Below, piece after piece: positions 16,841 through 24,833 of a stretch of DNA of 28,675 nt. The notes under the pieces were generated by a model. It had not been told where the DNA came from and did no database searches. It worked only from the letters and a program-made list of their open reading frames with translations. Both the position numbers and the translations under genes were made by a program. Source of the stretch: a virus (taxonomy: Duplodnaviria; Caudoviricetes); the IMG/VR virus record IMGVR_UViG_3300036824_000014, positions 1 to 28,675 of that record; one strand, 5' to 3'. The stretch's first letter is position 1; every line of letters begins with the position of its first letter.

Positions 16841-16940
16841 TTCGTTAGACAATTTGCCGTAGCCCAGCCTCATGAGAGGATGAACAGCCAAGCTCAGATG
16901 GGCCTAAGCAGAAGGAGAAAGCGAAACAGGAGATAAGGCG

Positions 16941-17984
16941 ATGGCTACAATAGGCTCTACGGCCCTAACCTATGCGGACTGGGCTAAGCGACTTGATGAC
17001 GGCTACCATGTAGCCACCATCATCGAACTTTTGTCCCAAACCAACGAAATCCTAGACGACATGCTTGTTGTCGAGGGCAACCTCCCGACAGGGCATAAAA
17101 CCACCGTCAGGACAGGCTTGCCTCAAGCGACTTGGCGCCTACTCAATACAGGCGTGCCTAATGCTAAGTCGACGACTGCTCAGATTGTCGATACCTGCGG
17201 CAATCTCGAGACGTACGCCGTTATCGATAAGGACGTTGCAGATCTCAATGGCAATACCGCTGACTTTCGCTTAAGCGAGGTCAAGGCCTTCCTTGAGGGC
17301 ATGTCCCAGCAAGTCGCCGCTACACTGATTTACGGCAATCAGTTCATCAACCCAGAGAGGTTTACTGGTTTCAGCCCACGCTATTCTACAGTCAACTCCG
17401 CTAACTCCCAGACAGCCGCTAATGTTCTAGACTCTGGCGGCACTGCATCGACTAACTCGAGTATCTGGATTGTAGTGTGGGGCCCTGATACAACTCACGC
17501 TACATTTCCTAAGGGAAAGATCACTGGTCTTCAGCACCGAGACATGGGAGAATGGCCAGTCCAAGACCTTGCCGGAAACACCTACCAAGCCTATCGAGAT
17601 CACTTCAAATGGGAGATAGGCCTTGTTGGGCGGGATTGGCGCTATGTCGTCAGACTCTCAAACATCGATGTCACTCAGCTTACTGGAGTCAACGCTGCAA
17701 ACCTTATTAATCTTCTCGTCAGAGGCTTGTACCGTTTGCCAACAGCTCCAGCTGGCGCAACTACGATACAGACATCGGACACTCCTGAAATTAGAGCAAA
17801 CATGGGGCGGACCGTCATGTACGCTAACCGTGTCCTTCGGACCTATCTCGATCTACAAGCCATGAACAAGACTAACGTTCTGCTTAGGATCGAAGAGTTC
17901 GATGGCAAGCCCATTACTACATTTAGGGGCATTCCGCTACGTACATGCGATGCGATCCTCAACAATGAAGCCAGAGTGGTTTAA
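16941..17984 (+). CDS. major capsid protein (HK97 fold, BPP-1 Bbp17-like)
   Basis: LTYADWAKR, IIELLSQTNEILDD, VRTGLP.ATWR, DWRYVVR.NID, FRGIPLR.CDAIL.NEA; AGGAG SD. Confidence 0.95.
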   Translation: MATIGSTALTYADWAKRLDDGYHVATIIELLSQTNEILDDMLVVEGNLPTGHKTTVRTGLPQATWRLLNTGVPNAKSTTAQIVDTCGNLETYAVIDKDVADLNGNTADFRLSEVKAFLEGMSQQVAATLIYGNQFINPERFTGFSPRYSTVNSANSQTAANVLDSGGTASTNSSIWIVVWGPDTTHATFPKGKITGLQHRDMGEWPVQDLAGNTYQAYRDHFKWEIGLVGRDWRYVVRLSNIDVTQLTGVNAANLINLLVRGLYRLPTAPAGATTIQTSDTPEIRANMGRTVMYANRVLRTYLDLQAMNKTNVLLRIEEFDGKPITTFRGIPLRTCDAILNNEARVV

Positions 17985-17995
17985 GGAGATAACAC

Positions 17996-18517
17996 ATGAT
18001 TCTTGATGGTCTGCTACAGTTCACTGGTGCGGCTGGTGACGCTCCTACGGTTACAGCCAATAGCACCAACATCATCGACCTTCACTTGGCAGGTATTCCT
18101 ATCCTTGCTTCAGGGCAAGGGGCAAGGGATCTTGGCATTGGCGATGATCCAGCGATGAAGATGTTGGTCCTTGTGACTACAGCCTTTAGTGGCCTGACTT
18201 CGCTCCAAGTGAGCTTGCAAGGTGCACCTGATAACGGTGCTGGTGCTCCTGCTGCCTTTGTCACATGGTACTCCTCGCCTGTTGTGGCGCTGGCTAATCT
18301 TGTCATTGGGAATCGACTACTTGATATGGATGTCCCACGTCCCCCGCCTGGTCAGCCGATACCACGATTCCTTCAGTTGGCATATACCATTGCTGGTACT
18401 GCCACTGGTGGTGTGCTTAAGGCTTGGATCGTTCTTGATCGTCATGATCTGGTGTATAACGCCACGTCTAACTTTGTTCATGGTGGCTATCCTCCAGGTG
18501 TTGTGGTTAACAACTAA
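17996..18517 (+). CDS. capsid cement/decoration protein (Bbp16-like)
   Basis: MILDGLLQF...STNIIDL...RFLQLAYTIAG jelly-roll pattern directly after the capsid gene. Confidence 0.8.
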   Translation: MILDGLLQFTGAAGDAPTVTANSTNIIDLHLAGIPILASGQGARDLGIGDDPAMKMLVLVTTAFSGLTSLQVSLQGAPDNGAGAPAAFVTWYSSPVVALANLVIGNRLLDMDVPRPPPGQPIPRFLQLAYTIAGTATGGVLKAWIVLDRHDLVYNATSNFVHGGYPPGVVVNN

Positions 18518-18999
18518 TGCGCAAGCATTGGAGTTGGTTGGTTGGGGCAGCTATTGCTGCCCTGGCTACCGCACTGATAGCCCAGCCAATAAGCCAGAAT
18601 CAGCTCTCTGGTAATGAATGTTGGAGTGCTGGGCAAGGCCCTGGCGGGCCAAGTCAGTATCTGTGCATCAATGTCGCTAGAGGTGGAACGGCGAATCTAG
18701 TGACAACTGTGACTGGTGCTGTAACTGTCGGTGCTCCAATCGCCGCTGGTGGCAATATGCTGGTAACAGCACAACCTTCAGCAGCTGTCATCACCATGCC
18801 ACCAAATCCAGTGCCAGATGGTGCTATTGTTGGGGTCTGCAATACGACAGCAGCTGCATGGACTACGAACGTCGTGACGCTTGCAGCAAATAGTGGTCAG
18901 ACTTTAGCCCAAGCTGCCACTCTAACAACCCTTGCGGCAGGCACATGCGCTCGAGAGCAATGGAACCAGGCCACTGCAACTTGGTATAGGGTGCAATGA
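18517..18999 (+). CDS. signal-peptide-bearing fibre/decoration-like protein
   Basis: MRKHWSWLVGAAIAALATALIA|Q; ITMPPNPVPDG...TWYRVQ fibre-type end; 4 Cys. Confidence 0.75.
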   Translation: MRKHWSWLVGAAIAALATALIAQPISQNQLSGNECWSAGQGPGGPSQYLCINVARGGTANLVTTVTGAVTVGAPIAAGGNMLVTAQPSAAVITMPPNPVPDGAIVGVCNTTAAAWTTNVVTLAANSGQTLAQAATLTTLAAGTCAREQWNQATATWYRVQ

Positions 19000-19406
19000 T
19001 GTATAGGCTCCTAGCAGCGCTACTGCTAGCTTTACTTGTAGGGCCAGCAGTAGCTCAAACTGTAGGGCCGCCAAATGCCATTGTATGTAATAAAACTGGC
19101 ATCGGCAACACAGCAGCGGTAACGACACAAGTAGCTGCACCAGTCGGGACGCAAATAATATCTGTTTGTGGCTTTGACGCTGTAGCCGGTGCAGCAGCAG
19201 GAGGCTTCCAGATAATCGTGGGAACAGGCGCTACATGTGGGACTGGCACAGTAACTATGACAGGACCTTATGTCTTTGGCGCTGGTGGTGGAATATCCAA
19301 TAGCTCTGCTTATGCAAGGTTCAGCAGCGCTCAAGGGGCAGGGTTATGTATAATAACTACCGGAACAGGCCCTACAGCCTGGACTGTCTATTACGCTCAA
19401 TTCTAG
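18996..19406 (+). CDS. signal-peptide-bearing beta-sandwich protein
   Basis: MMYRLLAALLLALLVGPAVA|Q; G/T/A-rich beta strands; 4 Cys. Confidence 0.75.
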   Translation: MMYRLLAALLLALLVGPAVAQTVGPPNAIVCNKTGIGNTAAVTTQVAAPVGTQIISVCGFDAVAGAAAGGFQIIVGTGATCGTGTVTMTGPYVFGAGGGISNSSAYARFSSAQGAGLCIITTGTGPTAWTVYYAQF

Positions 19407-19422
19407 AATAGGAGAAACGCTA

Positions 19423-19674
19423 ATGGCTAGGTTCAGGTCTGTTGCTGCCTTCGTTGTAGGGCATGCTCGCTATAAAGCAGGCACTACCTTTGCTGATACC
19501 GTAGGTAATGCTGTGGCTGGAGATGTAGTATGGGCTAGCTGTGGCTCGTCAGCTAGTATGTCACCGGCGCTAGTTCCGCTTGATGGTGCAGCTACAACCG
19601 TTAAGAATGGTAGCTTGTTTGCTAATAGTCCAGTCCCATGCACAATTACTGGCGTCAATAGCGTGGAGGGATAA
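19423..19674 (+). CDS. small putative virion protein
   Basis: AGGAG SD; 83 aa. Confidence 0.7.
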   Translation: MARFRSVAAFVVGHARYKAGTTFADTVGNAVAGDVVWASCGSSASMSPALVPLDGAATTVKNGSLFANSPVPCTITGVNSVEG

Positions 19675-19675
19675 T

Positions 19676-20230
19676 ATGGCTAGATGGATGTTAAAGGACG
19701 CTCATTATCTAAGCGTCCCTGGGATAGAGTGGGAATATAAAGAAAGCGATCGTGAAACGGGTCGAGCGGCAAGAAAAGTTTATGAAGTCCCGCTCTATCT
19801 CAACCCAACTTGGACGCAAGATTGGAACGACCCTGATGGGATTGTAGTATCTAATCGCTTCGATCCAGCCCATCGAAGGGACGTTGTCTTTACTGGACCG
19901 CCAACTCCGGATATGGAGCCGCTCGATGATGAGGCCACTGAGATTTCGAATAAGTATAGATCCGAGTGGAAGCATCCAATCGAGTCGCTCAATATGACGT
20001 ATTCTGAGAGTCGGCTTAGTGACTTTGAGCGAGCTATAGCTGAGCTTCTCGCAGACAAGGGCGTGCAGAAGATGGAGAAAATTCCAAACATCTCAGCGAA
20101 TGGCGTAGACCCTAAGAAGTTTGCGGAACTGCAAGAGAAGGTCAAAGATCTTATGGACATGAACGCAATACTTCAGGTTGAGTTATTAGAAAAGAAGAAA
20201 GCTGATAGTCTAAAGACTAGGCGGATTTGA
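19676..20230 (+). CDS. conserved hypothetical protein with C-terminal coiled coil
   Basis: GGAGG SD before ATG 19676 (MARWMLKDAHYL...PTPDMEPLDDEA). Confidence 0.75.
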   Translation: MARWMLKDAHYLSVPGIEWEYKESDRETGRAARKVYEVPLYLNPTWTQDWNDPDGIVVSNRFDPAHRRDVVFTGPPTPDMEPLDDEATEISNKYRSEWKHPIESLNMTYSESRLSDFERAIAELLADKGVQKMEKIPNISANGVDPKKFAELQEKVKDLMDMNAILQVELLEKKKADSLKTRRI

Positions 20231-20640
20231 TGGACCTAGACCAAAGCGGCAATAGTTGGCAGAAGGTTAGGGCCTACCTTGGCCCTTCGCTTGGGTGGGT
20301 TGATTGTCAAGTCAAACCTTCTGTGACTTTGACAACAGCGCAGACATATAATGTTCAACCGGGAGACTCTATTATCTTTGTTCGAGCTATGGGTAGTGTA
20401 ATTATCAATCTGCCAGATGTTAAGGCTTGGGTTCAAGAGATAGCTTACATGCCAGCTACTGGATTTGAGCGTGCTTTATGGGTCAAAGACCTTGGAAACG
20501 CTGCAAGCTTCCCAATTGTAATTAACCCATTTGGCACTCAAAGTATAGATACCCTTCAGCAACCATTCACTATATATCAGAACCGTCAAATTGTGAGGCT
20601 CTACCCCTTCAACGATATGTCAGGGTGGTACAGCGGATGA
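20230..20640 (+). CDS. fibre-domain-like small protein
   Basis: YNVQPGDSIIFV...IINLP...VKD.GNA..PIVI....ID...W pattern seen in phage fibre modules; no signal peptide. Confidence 0.65.
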   Translation: MDLDQSGNSWQKVRAYLGPSLGWVDCQVKPSVTLTTAQTYNVQPGDSIIFVRAMGSVIINLPDVKAWVQEIAYMPATGFERALWVKDLGNAASFPIVINPFGTQSIDTLQQPFTIYQNRQIVRLYPFNDMSGWYSG

Positions 20641-22010
20641 AAAACAAACTAGCGCTTGTAGCAGTTCTCTTAGGCTGTAGCGTCGCCTTAGCGCAGGAAG
20701 TCCCAAATCATGCAGTACCGATCGGTACTGGCCCTGGTGGTGTTGGATTTAGGTTTGCTGGGCCATGTCCAACAAATGAAGTTCTAGGTTGGGCTAGTGG
20801 CGTCACAGGTGATCCAACTTGTGTTTTAGGTACTGGTAGTGGGGCCGGGATTGGGTCTATTAATACGCAGACTGGCCCTAATATTCTGCTGACAGCTGGC
20901 GCCAATATGACGCTCTCAAACCCAGTTGCTAATACCATTCAATTTGACTCGGTAGGTGGTACTTCAGGGCCAACAGCAACTTATGGTGCTGCAATAGGCA
21001 CGACAGGTGTTCCAGTAGGCGGTAAGGACCCAGCTACTGGTTTTATGCAGCCATTCTTAGTCGATCCAACTGGAAACGTCAAAGTCAATGTGGCTGCTGG
21101 AGGCGCCGCTGGTGGAACATCGTCTAACTTTGCTGCTGCATTTCCAGGCCCAGGAACTGCTGTAGGTGCTACTGATGGCACCCTCATGCGGCCACTTAAT
21201 GTTGACTCTTCTGGGAACCTAAAAGTCAATGTTGCTGTTGGTGCTAGTGGCGGTACCTCTTCGCTTTATGGCCAGCCCTTTCCAGTTACAGGCACAGCTA
21301 TTGGTGCTAGTGATGGCATCAATATGCGGAACATAAAGGTAGACTCAAATCAAAACCTCTTGGTTCGGCAATCTGATGGTATTAACTCTCCTGCTATTAA
21401 GGGAACTTCTACACCAGCTGCACAAACAGACGCAGCTATAGTTAGTAGAAGTGCTGATATTGGAACCATTACAGATACGCCGTATGCTGGGTCTGGTAAT
21501 ACTACTGTTGTTGGCGCCCTTAAAGGTGTCTATTCAGCCGTTACGTCTCCTATTCCAGGGGGCTCAAACACAATAGGCAATGTCGGAATTAGTGGAGCAG
21601 TTCCTGGCGCAAGTAATAGCGTTAGCTTTGGTTCGGACCCATGTACATTTTTGCAAAAAACTAACCAATGGATCGGTGGTACAGTTTCTGGGTCTGTTCA
21701 AATTATTGCGTTGGTAACTGGAAAAAGAATCTTTATCTGCTCTATGGTGCTTATGGCCTCTGGAGCTACAAGTTTAAGTGTTGCTGAAGGCCAAGGTGCA
21801 TCCTGTGCTGCTCCCAATCAAGTTGGAATATTGGGAGTTGCTACTAATTTATCTGCTGCTAATGGAATGTCATTTCCAGCTAGTGGTGGTCTGACTTTGG
21901 GTAACGGCACAGGCTCGATTGCGCAAACGACAAACACTAGCACTAATGTTTGTCTCTATACCTCAAGTTCCGTGGTTGTAGGTGGAAATGTAACCTATGT
22001 TGCGAATTAG
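20637..22010 (+). CDS. signal-peptide-bearing fibre protein with internal repeats
   Basis: MKNKLALVAVLLGCSVALA|Q; three roughly 46-52 aa repeats; C-terminal 4-Cys domain; ATGA overlap. Confidence 0.8.
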   Translation: MKNKLALVAVLLGCSVALAQEVPNHAVPIGTGPGGVGFRFAGPCPTNEVLGWASGVTGDPTCVLGTGSGAGIGSINTQTGPNILLTAGANMTLSNPVANTIQFDSVGGTSGPTATYGAAIGTTGVPVGGKDPATGFMQPFLVDPTGNVKVNVAAGGAAGGTSSNFAAAFPGPGTAVGATDGTLMRPLNVDSSGNLKVNVAVGASGGTSSLYGQPFPVTGTAIGASDGINMRNIKVDSNQNLLVRQSDGINSPAIKGTSTPAAQTDAAIVSRSADIGTITDTPYAGSGNTTVVGALKGVYSAVTSPIPGGSNTIGNVGISGAVPGASNSVSFGSDPCTFLQKTNQWIGGTVSGSVQIIALVTGKRIFICSMVLMASGATSLSVAEGQGASCAAPNQVGILGVATNLSAANGMSFPASGGLTLGNGTGSIAQTTNTSTNVCLYTSSSVVVGGNVTYVAN

Positions 22011-22662
22011 CCTTAAACTACTTATCACTTACATCATAACTTGCTGCCTAATAGCTTTAGCTTGTGCTCAGCTGCCAACGACTCATGCTGGGCCAGGGTC
22101 TCCTGGAGGCGGTGGTGGTGGGGGTACCTGTACTGGTACTGCGCTTCACTTGACTTCGCCAAACGACTTGACAAACGCTGCTTGGACAGCTGGCAACCTC
22201 AATGCTTTTTTCAACGCCACTGATCCGAATGGTGTTGCCAACAACGCTAGTAACCTTGTTGTAGCCTCAACTAGTGCCGGTGGAGCAAGTATCCGCCAAT
22301 CTACCGGTATTATGTTTACTACAAGTACGACTTATGCATTCACAGCATATCTCAAACCTAATGTGGGCTCTACTTGGATCACCTTTAGCATCAGCGATTT
22401 TGTTGCAAATTCATGGGGATCATGGTTTAATCTGAGCGGCTCTGGAGTTGTTGGTGGAGCCTCAGCAGGCGGCACCGGTCATCTCACCTGCGCCAACATC
22501 ATTACATCCACAAACGGGTATTACATTGTGTCTATAGGTGGAAATTTCAGTAGCTCACCACAGGGCGCTAATCCACTCGTAGTAATTGACCCAGTTGACG
22601 GCAATAATCTCGGTGGTACCACTCTTAATCAACAAATCATAGCATGGCAGGTGTCACCATGA
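21997..22662 (+). CDS. signal-peptide-bearing carbohydrate-binding-like (spike fibre-type) protein
   Basis: MLRISLKLLITYIITCCLIALACA|Q; poly-Gly linker; LTSPNDLTNAAW...DPNG...TYAFTAYLK...WFNL...NGYY pattern. Confidence 0.65.
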   Translation: MLRISLKLLITYIITCCLIALACAQLPTTHAGPGSPGGGGGGGTCTGTALHLTSPNDLTNAAWTAGNLNAFFNATDPNGVANNASNLVVASTSAGGASIRQSTGIMFTTSTTYAFTAYLKPNVGSTWITFSISDFVANSWGSWFNLSGSGVVGGASAGGTGHLTCANIITSTNGYYIVSIGGNFSSSPQGANPLVVIDPVDGNNLGGTTLNQQIIAWQVSP

Positions 22663-24686
22663 AGAAGCTCAAAGTCGCGCTTATCGTCGCTCTTGTTACA
22701 ATTATCTTGGCTCCAATTCTTGCTTGGGCGGCAAATACTATCATCCTCAACAACGAGAGTGGCGTCAACGTTCGTACTAAGCTCAACAATAGCTTGGCAC
22801 AGCAGTTCAACATAAGACAACCGCCATACAGTGCGACTGGAGATGGAACTACCAACGACTCAGGGGCTATTCAATCAGCAATAAATGATGCTTGTATCTC
22901 TGGCGGCGGCACAATATATTTTCCACCAGGGCAATACAGCTTAAGTACAGGCCTGAACTTTGATGCTTGTGATAATCAGTTTAATTTTATCAATTTGAAG
23001 GGCGAGGGGCAAAAGGGCTCTTTCATCAAGTGCGCATTGGTGGGATTTTGTGTCGATCAGCATGGTGTCATCACTGCAACTGGAGGACAGCACAATGGTG
23101 GTCTATGGACAGTTGACGGGTTGGCGATTACGAACAGTCTGGTGTCTGCAAATGGCATAGGCGATATCGCAGGAGGGGCTTTACGTTTCGAGGGCTCGAC
23201 ACCAGGTCAGATCATTACTCGTTGTGAGTTGAATGGTGGTGTTGGGCTGGTTATGGGCCAACTTACGTTTGGGGGAAGTGTGACACACTGCGGATTAGGA
23301 GCTGGTCCCGGCATCCAGCCAGGTGCTGTTGGCATATATGCGGGGCAGCTAGAAATAACAGATATTCGCCTTCTCGGATACAACGTTGATATTGCGGTCG
23401 CCGGAACTGCTAAACTCAGTCAGATTTCAACGGAGTCGTCTCAGACTGGGATTTATGTCGGAATGAAAACTCCAAATGTCTTTAGAGGGTTTATCGATGA
23501 TGGGACCGGGAGTGGCGCCCCAAGCGGTGTTGCTGGTAAGGTCCTGACGGTGACAAAGTACGCATATGGTCCATTTGATGGTGATTCTGGCGGTGGGGCA
23601 GGAGGACACGGTGCCGGTATTGCTAACGGAATGACGTTGAATTTAGGGGTGTGTCTAACGTGCTCCGCAGCAAGCACTATCAGTTCTCAGTTGAGTAGCT
23701 CTCAGAGTGGAGGTTTCAACGGCGCTGAAGGTAGATATCAGTTGACTGCTACCAGCAACGTCATTGTTTCCTCACAGACAATGGCAACTGATTATGTATA
23801 TAATCAACCCACTGGGGTCGGCCTTAGTGGCTTGCAAACTGAGCGCTTAGGCTCTGGGCTGATAGTAAACGCAACTAGTTCAACGTTTTCAAACGCTCAT
23901 ATCTCGGGTACGCTAGGCCCGAAAATTCGAACAAGTGGTGCTTCTTGGGCGACACTAAATAGTGGGACGCTTACATATAACCTACTGTTCTCACTTGGAC
24001 GTAGTGGATTGCAGCCTTGCTTCGCTGAGGACTTCGCACCGGCCGCTTACAATTTTAATCAGAATAATGGGTTTCCGAGTGGTGTAAATTGTCGATACAG
24101 CGGTACTACTGTGACGATTGCGGGTGCTGATAATCCAGCTGCGCCTATAAGCGGCAACATTGCAAATCCTGGAACAAGCGCAACTACGCCTGGAAATGTT
24201 TCTGCTGCGCAAGATAGCTGCATTACTCTGAGTCTGGTAGATAGTTCGAGCTTTAATTCCATTGGATGCAGCATAAATGCGCCCCACGATTTGGATTTTT
24301 CCGGTCTCAATCCACAGGGCGTTAGTCGTAATAGGTTTTCTGAAATGGCTATCAAGAATGGGATTAGTCTTCCTGGTCACAATGTGAGGGGCGCTATCGT
24401 AGTGCAAAATAATACAGGGTTCAGTGAAGCTGACTTGCAAAAGAACTTTTCTGATCTACCTGGAGCCCCTGGCGTTGTGCCTTCAGCTAGAATTGAGGGC
24501 GAGGAGCATCTGATTATTGATTTGTTGGCAGGTGCTGCCACCTGCCAAGGCGGTTTTCCTTGCTGCAACGATGCTGGCAATACCTGTACGACATTTGGTG
24601 CGACTGTTACCGACGGAACTACAGTCAACAACCTACACCGCAGGGTCCGTTGGAACGGTACAAACTGGACGCTTGTAGGTATGTAG
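22659..24686 (+). CDS. signal-peptide-bearing beta-helix tailspike/depolymerase-like protein
   Basis: MKKLKVALIVALVTIILAPILAWA|A; pectate-lyase-3-like start YSATGDGTTNDSGAIQSAIN...GGTIYFPPGQY; C-terminal VRWNGTNW. Confidence 0.8.
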   Translation: MKKLKVALIVALVTIILAPILAWAANTIILNNESGVNVRTKLNNSLAQQFNIRQPPYSATGDGTTNDSGAIQSAINDACISGGGTIYFPPGQYSLSTGLNFDACDNQFNFINLKGEGQKGSFIKCALVGFCVDQHGVITATGGQHNGGLWTVDGLAITNSLVSANGIGDIAGGALRFEGSTPGQIITRCELNGGVGLVMGQLTFGGSVTHCGLGAGPGIQPGAVGIYAGQLEITDIRLLGYNVDIAVAGTAKLSQISTESSQTGIYVGMKTPNVFRGFIDDGTGSGAPSGVAGKVLTVTKYAYGPFDGDSGGGAGGHGAGIANGMTLNLGVCLTCSAASTISSQLSSSQSGGFNGAEGRYQLTATSNVIVSSQTMATDYVYNQPTGVGLSGLQTERLGSGLIVNATSSTFSNAHISGTLGPKIRTSGASWATLNSGTLTYNLLFSLGRSGLQPCFAEDFAPAAYNFNQNNGFPSGVNCRYSGTTVTIAGADNPAAPISGNIANPGTSATTPGNVSAAQDSCITLSLVDSSSFNSIGCSINAPHDLDFSGLNPQGVSRNRFSEMAIKNGISLPGHNVRGAIVVQNNTGFSEADLQKNFSDLPGAPGVVPSARIEGEEHLIIDLLAGAATCQGGFPCCNDAGNTCTTFGATVTDGTTVNNLHRRVRWNGTNWTLVGM

Positions 24687-24833
24687 ATGAGATACTGGTT
24701 TATTATTGTAGTTGTCATCTTACTTGGCGCTTGGACGCATGGTGGAGTTGTATCTGCTGGTGCATGGATTTTGACTACACATTTTTGGGCAGATACTGGC
24801 GTATGGCTTGATACTGCGACTTGGAATGACTAA
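24687..24833 (+). CDS. 48-aa Trp-repeat peptide with hydrophobic leader
   Basis: MRYWFIIVVVILLGAWTHGGVVSAGAWILTTHFWADTGVWLDTATWND; exactly fills the gap between neighbours; below ORF-track cutoff. Confidence 0.7.
   Translation: MRYWFIIVVVILLGAWTHGGVVSAGAWILTTHFWADTGVWLDTATWND

Noticed and set aside
20637-22070. Lipoprotein signals in 20637 (LLGC) and 21997 (ALAC)
   Set aside because: The Cys residues are followed by better signal peptidase I sites (ALA|Q, ACA|Q) matching the neighbours; not fully excluded without SignalP
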